A stretch of 63,497 bases of DNA, counting the filler. It is 6 parts of 6 records of this genome, joined end to end, with 100 filler letters (N's around TTAATTAATTAA, not from the genome) between each part and the next. Parts side by side here need not be neighbours in the genome. Positions count along the whole stretch, not along the records: positions 36,384 to 51,606 come from SRR2962707_4899; positions 51,707 to 57,063 come from SRR2962707_4903; positions 57,164 to 63,497 come from SRR2962707_4921; 3 more parts are not named here. The stretch is one strand, 5' to 3'. Under the pieces are notes generated by a model. That model did no database searches and was not told the origin of the DNA. It saw only the letters and a list, made by a program, of their open reading frames with translations. Shown here piece by piece: positions 49,027 to 59,019 of this stretch. The position numbers and the translations under genes are program-made. The first letter of the stretch is position 1. Every line of letters begins with the position of its first letter.

Positions 49027-49814
49027 TCCTTCGCTTTCTCCCAATACGCATCCATCTCCTCCAGCGTCATCTCACCCATGTTTTTTCCGTCCTTTTTCGA
49101 CTCACTTTCCAGGTATTGAAACCGCTTAATGAACTTCTTATTGGTACGCTCCAAAGCTTCCTCAGGATTGATGTCCACAAAACGAGCGTAGTTGATGAGT
49201 GAAAATAGCAGATCTCCAAACTCACCCGCTTGTTTTTCCTTGTCTGTTTCTTCCTGAAACTCCTGCATTTCCTCCTGCACCTTTTCCCACACCTGATCCT
49301 GGTTGTCCCAGTCGAAACCTACTCCCCTCGCTTTTTCCTGAATTCGCATTGCTTTCACCAGGGCAGGCAAAGATTTGGGTACGCCTCCCAGCACTGACTG
49401 ATTGCCTTTTTCCATCAGTTTGATCTTTTCCCAGTTTTCCTTCACCGTTTGTTCATCTTCCGCTTTCACGTCTCCATAAATATGTGGGTGACGATGCACC
49501 AGCTTATCGCAAACTGCATTGAGCACATCCGCTACATCAAACGATTTCTTTTCATCACCAATTCGGGCATAGAAAACCATATGGAGCATCAAATCACCGA
49601 GTTCCTTCTTCACCTCTTGCAGATCGTTTTCAATGATAGCATCTGACAACTCATACGTCTCCTCAATGGTCAAATGGCGAAGGGTCTCCATCGTCTGTTT
49701 CTTATCCCAGGGACAATTCTCCCTAAGCTCATCCATGATGGTAAGTAGACGGTCAAAGGCTTCCAGTTTGGCTGTGCGATTAGGATCAGGGGCAGATAGT
49801 GGTTTCTTGGTCAT
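49020..49814 (-). CDS. mazG: Nucleoside triphosphate pyrophosphohydrolase
   Basis: CPWDKKQT, IEETYEL, ELGDL, KLVHRHPH, EFGDLLF, NKKFIKRF. Confidence 0.96.
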   Translation of the reverse strand: MTKKPLSAPDPNRTAKLEAFDRLLTIMDELRENCPWDKKQTMETLRHLTIEETYELSDAIIENDLQEVKKELGDLMLHMVFYARIGDEKKSFDVADVLNAVCDKLVHRHPHIYGDVKAEDEQTVKENWEKIKLMEKGNQSVLGGVPKSLPALVKAMRIQEKARGVGFDWDNQDQVWEKVQEEMQEFQEETDKEKQAGEFGDLLFSLINYARFVDINPEEALERTNKKFIKRFQYLESESKKDGKNMGEMTLEEMDAYWEKAKEI

Positions 49815-49995
49815 ACTAAATGGTGTCACACTTCGAGAACCTCCATCTGCTGCCTAAGGCTTGCTGACGGCATGCAGTGTAACAAAGGGTTCTTCTACAA
49901 CTAATTATTTCAACAAAATATGAATTCTAAAGCTTTGTGCTTTGTTCATGAACTACAGTCGCAAATTGGCTAATTTTGAACCAAATTTTGAAGAA

Positions 49996-50223
49996 ATGCA
50001 GGTAGTATTATTGACGATCGGAATCTTCGCTTTGTTTTTTGTGGGGTTATCCATCCGAATCCTCTTAAAAAAGGACGGGGAATTCAAAGGAACATGTGCA
50101 TCACAGAATCCTTATCTTAATAAGGAAGGGGCTTCATGCGGCTTTTGTGGACGAACAGTGAAGCCTGGTGAAGAGTGTGGAAACGCTGATTCTGAGGTCA
50201 ATAAAGTGTTGGCAAAATTCTGA
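49996..50223 (+). CDS. Small membrane or secreted protein with a Cys motif (GTCAS...CGFCG...C)
   Basis: N-terminal TM then KKDGEFKGTCASQNP; Bacteroidota -7 box TAATTTTG at 49971-49978. Confidence 0.75.
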   Translation: MQVVLLTIGIFALFFVGLSIRILLKKDGEFKGTCASQNPYLNKEGASCGFCGRTVKPGEECGNADSEVNKVLAKF

Positions 50224-50268
50224 TCAACACTTAACCATCAATCTACTTTTTACTTTCGACCAGCTTTC

Positions 50269-50276
50269 TATCTTTG
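50269..50276 (+). promoter_or_regulatory. Bacteroidota sigma-A -7 element upstream of glmM
   Basis: TATCTTTG matches the TAnnTTTG consensus, 25 nt before the TTG start. Confidence 0.65.
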
Positions 50277-50301
50277 CGCACCGCTAAATTTTTAGAACGC
50301 T

Positions 50302-51606
50302 TTGACATTAATAAAATCAATATCCGGCCTGAGAGGAACGATTGGAGGTAAAGCCGGAGAAAACCTATCACCTATCGACGTTGTGAAATTTTCCGCAGGC
50401 TATGGAGCCTGGCTTTTGGAAAACCACAAATCCGTAAAAGTTATCATAGGAAGAGATGCAAGACCATCCGGTGAATCCTTCGGTCAGCTTGTTGCCAATA
50501 CCCTGATCAACCAAGGAATAGATGTTGTAGACCTAGGCTTAAGTACCACCCCAACTGTAGAGATGGCCGTTATGGCTGAGAATGCCCAGGGAGGGATTAT
50601 TCTGACTGCCAGTCATAACCCAGCAGGATGGAACGCATTAAAACTTCTGAACGAACGAGGTGAGTTCATATCTGCTGAAGATGGTGCCCGAGTGCTGGAG
50701 CTCTCTGAGTCTGAGGTAGAATTTGTTTCCACACCAAAGTTTGGCGAGTACACAACCAATGACAGCTACATCCAGTACCACATCGATGAAGTACTGAAGC
50801 ATGAGCTCATAGATGTGGATGCCATCAAACAAGCAGAATTCAAAGTCGTGGTGGATGCAGTCAACAGTACTGGTGGAATCTCCATAGTACCCTTGCTCAA
50901 ACAACTTGGTGTGGACGTAAAAGAACTTTTCTGCGAGCCCACCGGTAATTTCCCACACAATCCGGAACCTCTTCCTGAGAACTTGATGCAGATCAGTCAT
51001 GAGCTGGAGAAAGGGAATTACGACTTGGGGATCGTGGTAGACCCGGATGTGGACAGGCTGGTATTGATGTGTGAGAATGGAGAATCGTTCGGGGAAGAGT
51101 ATACGCTTGTTGCTGTTTCCGATTACGTATTATCACAGAAAAAGGGAAATACCGTTTCAAACCTTTCTTCCACAAGAGCCTTGAGAGATATCACTGAAAA
51201 GCATGGCTGTGAATACAATGCTTCTGCTGTGGGCGAAGTGCATGTGGTCGCTAAGATGAAAGAAACCAATGCGGTTATTGGTGGAGAAGGCAATGGTGGT
51301 GTGATTGTTCCTGAACTGCATTACGGAAGGGATGCGCTGGCAGGAGTGGCCTTGTTTTTATCGCATCTGGCCAAATTTGGAAAGAGCGCTTCCATGCTCC
51401 GGGCGACCTATCCCAATTACTATATTTCGAAGAACAAAATTGAGCTTACCCCTGAGATTGACGTGGATGGGGTATTGAATGCCATCAAAGAAAAATACAG
51501 CTCGAACCCAGTCAATACCATTGATGGAATCAAGATCGAATTTGACAAGGAATGGGTACAGCTAAGAAAGTCGAACACTGAGCCGATTATTCGTATTTTT
51601 GCAGAG
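50302..51606 (+). CDS. glmM: Phosphoglucosamine mutase / phosphohexomutase (3' truncated)
   Basis: TASHNP phosphoserine motif, DPDVDR, IGGEGNGG, RKSNTEP. Confidence 0.92.
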
Positions 51607-51706
51607 NNNNNNNNNNNNNNNNNNNNNNNNNNNNNNNNNNNNNNNNNNNNTTAATTAATTAANNNNNNNNNNNNNNNNNNNNNNNNNNNNNNNNNNNNNN
51701 NNNNNN
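51607..51706. other. Artificial contig linker
   Basis: N44-TTAATTAATTAA-N44. Confidence 0.99.
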
Positions 51707-51707
51707 G

Positions 51708-51902
51708 CCCATCGTGGCGCTGATCCTGACCCTGACAGAAGCTGGGTCACTTTTGATCGAGGCGCTTGCCCGTTCAAACGATCAACAGCTCGCCGGGGCG
51801 ATCATCTTCTTCCTCACTGGAAGCATTGTCGCAATCAATTTCATTACAGACATCGCATTGGCTATCGTCGATCCGCGTATTCGTCGTAGCATACTGGGAT
51901 AG
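51708..51902 (+). CDS. Opp/Dpp-family ABC permease (B type), C-terminal fragment
   Basis: ...INFITDIALAIVDPRIR end; precedes a C-type permease. Confidence 0.8.
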   Translation, partial: PIVALILTLTEAGSLLIEALARSNDQQLAGAIIFFLTGSIVAINFITDIALAIVDPRIRRSILG

Positions 51903-51907
51903 CAAGC

Positions 51908-53050
51908 ATGGCAAAGCAAAGTATCTACGACGCTGCAGTCGATCAAAGTGCAAAAGACGCCTATTTCACGGCCTCCCAGGGGCAGCTGATCTGGACGCGG
52001 TTTAAGAAACAAAAGGCGGCGATGGTCGGGGCATGGGTTCTTGTCTTTCTTATCCTGTCGGGCATTTTTGCACCGTTCCTAACGCCTTATGACCCAACAA
52101 TTTCAGGGCGCGACAAAGACTATCTGAACGGCGCCCCTAACGCTGTGCATTTTTGCGATGACAATGGGTGCTCGTTCCGTCCCTTCATCTATGAGGTTGA
52201 ACGCACACGATCGGCCAAAACCAATTTCCGATGGGTGACAGAGGTCAACACAGACAAGCGGAAGTACATGCAGTTCTTCGTCGAAGGATCGTCATACAAG
52301 CTTGCTTTCATGACCTTTGATACGCATCTTTTCGGTGTGGACGACGGGTTCGTTCACCTATTTGGGACAGATTCTACTGGCAAAGACATCTTCTCTCGTA
52401 CTTTTCATGCCATCAATACGTCGCTGGCGGTCGGCACAATCGGGGTATTCATCGCCTTTGTACTGGCACTGATTATTGGCGGCATTTCTGGATACTATGG
52501 GGGCTGGGTGGATTCCCTCATCCAGATGGTGACGGACGCGGTGCGGACCATCCCTGCGATCCCCCTATTCATGGCTCTCGCCGCGTTCATTCCCGCTACT
52601 TGGAGCGCGGAGGAGAGGTTCTTTTTCATCTCGATCATATTAGGTTTCATCGGCTGGCCCACTCTGGCGCGAAGAGTGCGGACGCATCTGCTGACAGAAC
52701 GTAATCAAGAATATGTACTGGCAGCCCAACTTTCGGGCGCGTCGTCGGGCCATGTGATCCGCAAGCATCTGCTTCCTAGCTTTACCAGCTACATCATCGT
52801 CGATCTGGTGATCTCCTTTCCCTACATGGTTCTATCTGAAACCGCGCTTAGCTTTATCGGCTTGGGCCTCAAAGATCCGGTCAACTCACTTGGTGTGATG
52901 CTGCAAAATGTGACCAGCGCCGACGTTTTACTGAACTACCAATGGTACTTCATTCCTGTGATCTTCTTCATCGTGCTTGTCATGGCATTTGTCTTTGTTG
53001 GCGACGGTTTGCGCGACGCCGCTGACCCCTATGGGGATACCAAGAAATGA
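51908..53050 (+). CDS. Opp/Dpp-family ABC permease (C type)
   Basis: HLFGTDSTGKDIFSR, EYVLAAQLSGAS, GDGLRDAADP. Confidence 0.92.
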   Translation: MAKQSIYDAAVDQSAKDAYFTASQGQLIWTRFKKQKAAMVGAWVLVFLILSGIFAPFLTPYDPTISGRDKDYLNGAPNAVHFCDDNGCSFRPFIYEVERTRSAKTNFRWVTEVNTDKRKYMQFFVEGSSYKLAFMTFDTHLFGVDDGFVHLFGTDSTGKDIFSRTFHAINTSLAVGTIGVFIAFVLALIIGGISGYYGGWVDSLIQMVTDAVRTIPAIPLFMALAAFIPATWSAEERFFFISIILGFIGWPTLARRVRTHLLTERNQEYVLAAQLSGASSGHVIRKHLLPSFTSYIIVDLVISFPYMVLSETALSFIGLGLKDPVNSLGVMLQNVTSADVLLNYQWYFIPVIFFIVLVMAFVFVGDGLRDAADPYGDTKK

Positions 53051-54048
53051 GCCGCCTGATTGACGTCGAAAACCTCACGCTACAATTCGATACGGACGAA
53101 GGCCGCATAACGGCCGTTGACGACGTGTCCTTCAGCTTAGAGGCTGGCGAGGTTATGGGGCTGGTCGGAGAAAGCGGTTCAGGCAAGTCGGTGACCGCAA
53201 AGTCCCTGATGAAGCTAAACCCGCGCAACGCGATTTACGGGCCTGATACCAAGATCACCCTGCATCTTGATGACGGTCCGGTCGACGTCATGTCGCTTCA
53301 AAATGATCGCGAAATGAAGGTCGTGCGCGGTGGAGCTATCTCTCTGATCTTCCAAGAGCCGATGGCCAGCTTTGCGCCCGCAATTTCGGTTGGCGATCAG
53401 ATGGTCGAGCAATTGATGATCCACACCGACTTTTCCAAGGCGCAATCGAAAGAACTGTCGATCGAGATGTTGGACCGAGTCGGCATCTCTGACCCGTCCA
53501 CGCGTTTTGGCCAATATGCGTTTGAGCTATCGGGCGGCATGCGTCAACGCGCGATGATTGCTATGGCCTTGTCAACCAAGCCCAAGTTGCTGATCGCGGA
53601 TGAACCAACAACTGCTTTGGATGTGACCATCCAGGCCCAAGTCATCGACTTGATGAAAGACCTTGTGACCGAATTTGGCATGGGTATTATTTTCATCACC
53701 CACGACCTTGGCGTCATCGCCCAGACGGCTGACAAAGTGGCGGTTATGTATCTTGGCAAGCTGGTTGAACAAGGCACCGTGCGCGATGTGATCCGCAAAC
53801 CCGCGCATCCCTATACCCGCGGATTGATCGCCGCCTTGCCGACGCTTGACGACATTGACGCGCCACTGACGCCGATCCCTGGCGACATCCCCTCACCGCT
53901 CGAACGCCCGCCCGGCTGTGTCTACAACACCCGCTGCCAAGAGGTTGTCGGTGCGAGATGTGCGGCCGAGGTGCCCACTTTTTCCGAAGTGCACCCCGGA
54001 CATACAGCCGCTTGTCACATATATGATCCGAGTGAGGGTGCCCCATGA
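53047..54048 (+). CDS. Opp/Dpp-family ABC ATP-binding protein (D type)
   Basis: GESGSGKS, LSGGMRQR, ADEPTTALD, HPYT, C-terminal Cys cluster. Confidence 0.93.
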   Translation: MSRLIDVENLTLQFDTDEGRITAVDDVSFSLEAGEVMGLVGESGSGKSVTAKSLMKLNPRNAIYGPDTKITLHLDDGPVDVMSLQNDREMKVVRGGAISLIFQEPMASFAPAISVGDQMVEQLMIHTDFSKAQSKELSIEMLDRVGISDPSTRFGQYAFELSGGMRQRAMIAMALSTKPKLLIADEPTTALDVTIQAQVIDLMKDLVTEFGMGIIFITHDLGVIAQTADKVAVMYLGKLVEQGTVRDVIRKPAHPYTRGLIAALPTLDDIDAPLTPIPGDIPSPLERPPGCVYNTRCQEVVGARCAAEVPTFSEVHPGHTAACHIYDPSEGAP

Positions 54049-55040
54049 CTGAAAAGCCCCTGATCACCGCGCAAAACCTGTCGGTACATTATCCCTTAAG
54101 TGGCGGATTGATCGGCCCCGCGCCATTTGTGCGCGCCGTCGAAAACGTAAGCCTTGAGATCGCACCACGCAGTTTCTTTGGCCTTGTGGGCGAGTCTGGT
54201 TCGGGAAAAACGACGCTTGGCCGCGCGATGTTGCGAGCAGCACCCATCAGTAAGGGCAATGTGTTATTCGACGATGGCGAGGTTTCCTATTCGCTCAAAG
54301 AGCTCGGAAAAAAAGACCTGAAAGACTATCGCAAGCGTGCGCAGTTGATCTTTCAAGATCCCTACGCCGCACTTAGCCCGCGCATGACTGTACGCGACAT
54401 TATTGCAGAACCGCTCGAGGTTATGGGCCTCACAAAATCCCGTGCGGAAACCGACGAACGTGTCCGCGAGATCGCTGAGAAATGCCGGTTGAATGTCGAA
54501 CATCTGCGCCGCTTTCCTCATGCATTTTCGGGCGGACAACGGCAACGTATCTCGATTGCGCGAGCGTTGGTGTCTGCCCCGAAATTCATCGTAGCCGACG
54601 AAAGCGTTGCCGCCCTTGATGTGTCGATCCAAGCGGACGTGCTGAACCTGCTCAAGGCCATCCAAGAAGAGATGGGCCTGACGTTTCTGTTCATCAGCCA
54701 CGACCTTAGCGTTGTGGCCCATGTCTGCGACCATGTCGCGGTAATGTATCTGGGCCGTCTTGTCGAAACGGCCCCGACCCGGACCTTGTTTTCAGGGCCG
54801 CGCCACCCCTACACCAAGGCGTTGCTATCGGCGATCCCATCGCTTGACCCGGATGATCGCGGTAAGGCGCAAAAGCTGGAAGGTGAAATCCCATCACCCA
54901 CAAATCCGCCACCCGGTTGCAAATTTCAAACCCGCTGCCCCTTGGCCATCGATCGCTGCCGCGTTGAAGAACCGGTGCTGGAGAGTGCGGGTGTCGAACA
55001 TAATGTGGCTTGCCATCGCTGGAAAGAACTCGCTGACTAG
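54045..55040 (+). CDS. Opp/Dpp-family ABC ATP-binding protein (F type)
   Basis: GESGSGKTT, FSGGQRQR, HPYT, PPPGCKFQTRC. Confidence 0.93.
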   Translation: MTEKPLITAQNLSVHYPLSGGLIGPAPFVRAVENVSLEIAPRSFFGLVGESGSGKTTLGRAMLRAAPISKGNVLFDDGEVSYSLKELGKKDLKDYRKRAQLIFQDPYAALSPRMTVRDIIAEPLEVMGLTKSRAETDERVREIAEKCRLNVEHLRRFPHAFSGGQRQRISIARALVSAPKFIVADESVAALDVSIQADVLNLLKAIQEEMGLTFLFISHDLSVVAHVCDHVAVMYLGRLVETAPTRTLFSGPRHPYTKALLSAIPSLDPDDRGKAQKLEGEIPSPTNPPPGCKFQTRCPLAIDRCRVEEPVLESAGVEHNVACHRWKELAD

Positions 55041-55133
55041 CAGCGCCACGCAGACGAATGAGATTGCAATGCCATTGAACTTTGAAGAGTTGCCCTCACT
55101 CATCTAAATCTTACTGCGGATCAGTTCATACCA

Positions 55134-55877
55134 ATGGAAAGCCTCATAGTGGTTCAAGTTTATTCTGATATTGATATAGCTTTGCTTTTCGCAACCATTA
55201 ACATGGGTTTTGCTCTAGTTATGGGTGCCATCATTGGATCTGAGCGGCAGTTTCGCGGGCGAATGGCGGGACTTCGGACGAACGCATTGGTTTCTCTTGG
55301 CGCTTCTGGTTTTGTCGTATTTGCAGCGCTCTTTCCTGACGACATCAACCCGACGCGCGTGGCTGCTCAGGTTGTTTCAGGCATAGGGTTCCTGGGTGCA
55401 GGCATCATCTTTCGAGATGGGCTCAATATCCAAGGGTTAAACACAGCGGCTACGCTGTGGTGCTCAGCTGCCGTTGGATTGATCTCCGGGTCCGGGCATC
55501 TTGGCTATGCGGCAGCACTGACATCCCTAATCGTATTTTCGAATTTAGGTCTGCGCCCGATTGTTCGAATGCTAAAAAAGTCGAAATCCAGATACGCGAG
55601 AGGTTTTCAGACATACCAATTGAAAGTGTCTTACCATCACAAAGACGGTAAAGAGATTCGAGCACTGCTGTTTGGCAGCCTTAGTGATCAAGGGCTCAGC
55701 TTAAGTCAAATCGCAAGCCGTGGGGACGAGGATGTCGCCGAGATAATTGTGGAAGTTCAAGGTATGACTGCCGAGAAGACGAAGGTGGAGAATGTGATCC
55801 GTCAAGTTTCATTGGATACTCGAATTTTACGCGCGAGTCAGTGTAGTCTCGACGACGATGATATTGCAGCCGATTGA
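55134..55877 (+). CDS. MgtC/SapB family membrane protein
   Basis: IGSERQ...AGLRTNALV, PTRVAAQVVSGIGFLGAG, GLNTAATLW; ACT-like C-terminus. Confidence 0.92.
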   Translation: MESLIVVQVYSDIDIALLFATINMGFALVMGAIIGSERQFRGRMAGLRTNALVSLGASGFVVFAALFPDDINPTRVAAQVVSGIGFLGAGIIFRDGLNIQGLNTAATLWCSAAVGLISGSGHLGYAAALTSLIVFSNLGLRPIVRMLKKSKSRYARGFQTYQLKVSYHHKDGKEIRALLFGSLSDQGLSLSQIASRGDEDVAEIIVEVQGMTAEKTKVENVIRQVSLDTRILRASQCSLDDDDIAAD

Positions 55878-56048
55878 ATAGGCAATTGTAGCAAAGCAAG
55901 GCTCTTGCGAAACTACCCTCGGCTAAAAACCGTTGTCTTCTAACAAACTCAATTAAAGGCCAAAAGTTTGCAATGATGTGAGACCATAAATTGGCCGCTA
56001 GAATCGTAGCTCGGTCCTTGAGGTTCCGACTTTCAGGCGCAAAGTTTG

Positions 56049-56597
56049 AATGGTGGCTTTGCGGAACCCGACCATAATCCTTCGCACATAAGAAAAGTTA
56101 CCTCTGGCTTGACGCCTAAAATCTTCAACGGCAGCTTTTCGCAGACTAATAGTCATCCGTGCAGCGCGCAGCATTAGCCACTTTGGACTCGTATCTGACC
56201 TTGGCTGCAAGGTGTGTCAATGACCGCTCCGAGCCGGTCGGGATCGGCCACAAGTCGCAAACTCGCAAGCGCCAAATCAATATCGATGCTCGAAGCCGCT
56301 TCAAGGTGCGCTTTTTCCCGCTGCGTGCGCTCGCAGGACGAAGAATGATGCCAGAATGAAAATTTCAATACTGCTGCGTAGCGCAAAAGCCTGCCATTTA
56401 CGCAAATTGAAACGAAGCAGAGAACGACTGCTTAGCGGGCTGCGACTGCAGCATCGTGAATGTCAGTCGAAGGTCCGGAAAGGGCCGTTCGTGTCGGCGA
56501 TATTTCGGTCAATCCTCCATTATGCCGCGAAGCGGAGAATGTCTGGAATGAGCCCAATTTGACCGATGCTGCGCCGACGACGAACGTCTGTTTTAGG
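56049..56597. repeat. Cluster of degenerate short repeats and palindromes (AAYGNCYGC-type)
   Basis: Related motifs start at 56049, 56127, 56219, 56423, 56470, 56538 and 56583; 56148-56190 is an inverted imperfect copy of 56550-56592. Confidence 0.55.
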
Positions 56598-56603
56598 AAT
56601 TTC

Positions 56604-56820
56604 CTAGCTTAGATTATCAGAGATAATTGCTTCCAAATAAAGGTTATCAAAGCTGGATATCACACGGTCTGGCGCGAGCGTCTTGACGTGGACGTCTGAA
56701 TACCCAAAGTCAACTGCCACCCCTAGAATACCAGCATTCTGAGCGGCGAGTATGTCAGTTATCGTGTCCTCGACCATCACGGCCTTATCAGTACTTCCAC
56801 CAGCTAATTCAATCGTTCGG
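56604..56820 (-). pseudogene. C-terminal remnant of a HAD phosphatase (phosphoglycolate phosphatase-like)
   Basis: RTIELAGG...AVMVEDTITDILAAQNAGI..VAVDFGYS; the 5' part is replaced by IS sequence. Confidence 0.75.
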
Positions 56821-56824
56821 GTTA

Positions 56825-57063
56825 TCCTGCAGCCATTCAGCCAAGTCGCCGGAGACATAGCTAGATCCGTTGTCGATGAGCAGACGCGGCTTGTGCATGA
56901 CTTGAACTTGGTCACAACCAGACGTTTGCAAGGCGAACTCCAGTGTATCCGTTGCGTCTTCAGCCCGCATGTTGGTTCAGAGCTTCCAAGAAACGATGTA
57001 GCGGCTGTAGTCATCGAGGACCGTGCTGAGATTGAACCAACCCCAGCCCAGAACCTTGATGTA
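56825..57063 (-). mobile_element. IS3-family transposase remnant (integrase core) with an internal stop
   Basis: Manual translation YIKVLGWGWFNLSTVLDDYSRYIVSWKL*TNMRAEDATDTL...KPRLLIDNGSSYVSGDLAEWL; TGA at 56977-56979. Confidence 0.85.
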
Positions 57064-57163
57064 NNNNNNNNNNNNNNNNNNNNNNNNNNNNNNNNNNNNN
57101 NNNNNNNTTAATTAATTAANNNNNNNNNNNNNNNNNNNNNNNNNNNNNNNNNNNNNNNNNNNN
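57064..57163. other. Artificial contig linker
   Basis: N44-TTAATTAATTAA-N44. Confidence 0.99.
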
Positions 57164-57721
57164 CTCGAAATACATCTGGGTGATCAGGCGCTGCGCAAAG
57201 GCCGAGCCAAAGACCGAAAAATGGATATGGGCAGGGCGCCAGTCATTGGGGCCGTTGGGCCATGGATAGGCGCCCGGCTTGACCGTGCGGAAGGTATAAA
57301 AGCCGTTCTCGTCGGTTAGCGCGCGGCCACAGCCGCCAAAATTGGGATCAATGGCCGCCTGATAGCCTTCCTTGCGGTGGCGATAGCGCCCACCGGCATT
57401 GGCCTGCCAGAACTCGACCAGCACGCCGGGCTGTGGTCGTGCATTCTCATCGAGCACCTGACCATAAACGATCAGGCGCTGACCGATGGCTTCGGTGCCG
57501 TCCTGGCTGTAATTGCGGATCAGGTCGTTATCGAGCTTGCCGATCAGGCCGTGCCCGAAACGCGGCCCGGTCAGTTCGCTTTTGGTCGCATCAAGCGACA
57601 GCAACGGCTGGCGCGGTGCGCGGAATGTCGTGCTTTTATAGCCCGGTGTCGCGGCTGGCGGATGCCAGGCCAGATCGCGAGGGAACAGCCCGTCGGGGCC
57701 GTCTGGAAACAGATCACTCAT
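57164..57721 (-). CDS. pcaH: Protocatechuate 3,4-dioxygenase beta subunit (3' truncated)
   Basis: WQANAGGRYRH, DPNFGGCGR, PGAYPW, WRPAHIHFS, RLITQMYF. Confidence 0.95.
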
Positions 57722-58119
57722 TCTGCCGCTCCTTTTTCGTCTTGCCCCAAGCTCAGTTCGGCCTTGGCAACCTTGAAGGCGCTATTGGCCGCCGGCACGC
57801 CGGCATAGACCGCCACATGCAACAGGGCTTCTTTGATGTCATTGGCCGATGCCCCGGTATTGGCGGTGGCCCGCACATGCATGGCGAATTCCTCCTCATG
57901 CCCGCCCGCAGCGAGCAGTGCCAGGGTAATCAGCGAGCGCTCCCGCTTGGTCAGGCCGGGCCGCGACCATACCGATCCCCATGCACCTTCCATGATGAAG
58001 GTCTGGAAGTCGGTATCAAAATCGGTCTTTGCAGACTCGGCGCGGTCCACATGGCTGTTGCCCAGCACGGAGCGCCGCGTGGTCATGCCGGTTTCGGCCC
58101 GTTCGGATCGCTCACTCAT
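57718..58119 (-). CDS. pcaC: 4-carboxymuconolactone decarboxylase
   Basis: RRSVLG..HVDRA, AWGSVWSRPGL, VAVYAGVPAANSAF. Confidence 0.95.
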   Translation of the reverse strand: MSERSERAETGMTTRRSVLGNSHVDRAESAKTDFDTDFQTFIMEGAWGSVWSRPGLTKRERSLITLALLAAGGHEEEFAMHVRATANTGASANDIKEALLHVAVYAGVPAANSAFKVAKAELSLGQDEKGAAE

Positions 58120-58906
58120 GGGGCATTGTCTCCAAAAATTCGCCCAGCAGGTCTGCCAGGAGGTCAGGTTGTTCGATGGATGGGATGTGGCCGACGCCTT
58201 CGATGAGCGCGAACTGCGCGCCGCTCACCTGATCCGCCAGTGCGCGCACGAGATCGGGCGGTGTCGATAGATCGTCGGCGCCAGCAACGACCAGGGTTGG
58301 CACTGCAATGGCTTGCGCCTGGGCCGACAGATCGGCGTCCCGGATGGCCGCGCAGGTCTCGGCGTAGCCTTGCGCCGGTGTACGCAACAGCAGATTGCGC
58401 CAGCCGGCCAGTTCATCCTGCCGCGTGGCGCGGAACCCGGGGCTGAACCAGCGCTCCATGACACTGTCCGCAATGCCGGATAGCCCGTCATTGCGGACCT
58501 GACCAATCCGTATATTCCACATATCGGGTGTGCCAATGCGCGGAGCCGTATCGCAAAGCACCAGCCCGGCAATCCGCTCGGGCTGTGCAGCAGCGCTGGC
58601 CAAGGCAACCATGCCCCCCACCGACACACCGCAGATAACGAAGCGCTCAATGCCACAGTGGTCGGCCAGCGCGAGCAGGTCGGCAGCCAGGTCGCTGATG
58701 GCGTAGGGTTGGGGCGACAGATCGCTCATGCCGTGGCCGCGCTTGTCGTACACCACGCAGCGCCGCGTCGCAGATAACCGGTTGGTCACGCCGGCCCAGA
58801 TGCGGTGATCGGTGCCAAGCGAATTGGCAAAGACCACAGGCAAGGCCGGACCGCTGCCGGATTCTTGATACCACGTGGTTATTTCATTGATCCGGGCAAA
58901 CGGCAC
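58112..58906 (-). CDS. pcaD: 3-oxoadipate enol-lactonase
   Basis: NSLGTD, YDKRGHG, GVSVGG nucleophile, GHIPSIEQP; GTG start with GGGAG RBS. Confidence 0.93.
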   Translation of the reverse strand: MPFARINEITTWYQESGSGPALPVVFANSLGTDHRIWAGVTNRLSATRRCVVYDKRGHGMSDLSPQPYAISDLAADLLALADHCGIERFVICGVSVGGMVALASAAAQPERIAGLVLCDTAPRIGTPDMWNIRIGQVRNDGLSGIADSVMERWFSPGFRATRQDELAGWRNLLLRTPAQGYAETCAAIRDADLSAQAQAIAVPTLVVAGADDLSTPPDLVRALADQVSGAQFALIEGVGHIPSIEQPDLLADLLGEFLETMPHE

Positions 58907-59019
58907 CGCAAAGCTCCCTTTGACACTATTTTGCGCGTTTGCGTCACAAATGGAAATGAGAAGATTTGGACAACGCATAACTTGACGTATATCAATCAGC
59001 GTAATCGCTCGAGGTGCCC

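Noticed and set aside
55041-55133. Short ORF MPLNFEELPSLI upstream of mgtC as a Pro-rich leader peptide
   Set aside because: Only two separated Pro codons, no clear RBS and no attenuator structure.
55899-55914. AGGCTCTTGCGAAACT resembling an IS terminal inverted repeat
   Set aside because: No partner repeat or matching transposase is visible; too short to support.
10190-57163. Five recurrences of TTAATTAATTAA flanked by Ns
   Set aside because: Artificial linkers, not biological repeats; adjacency across them is meaningless.
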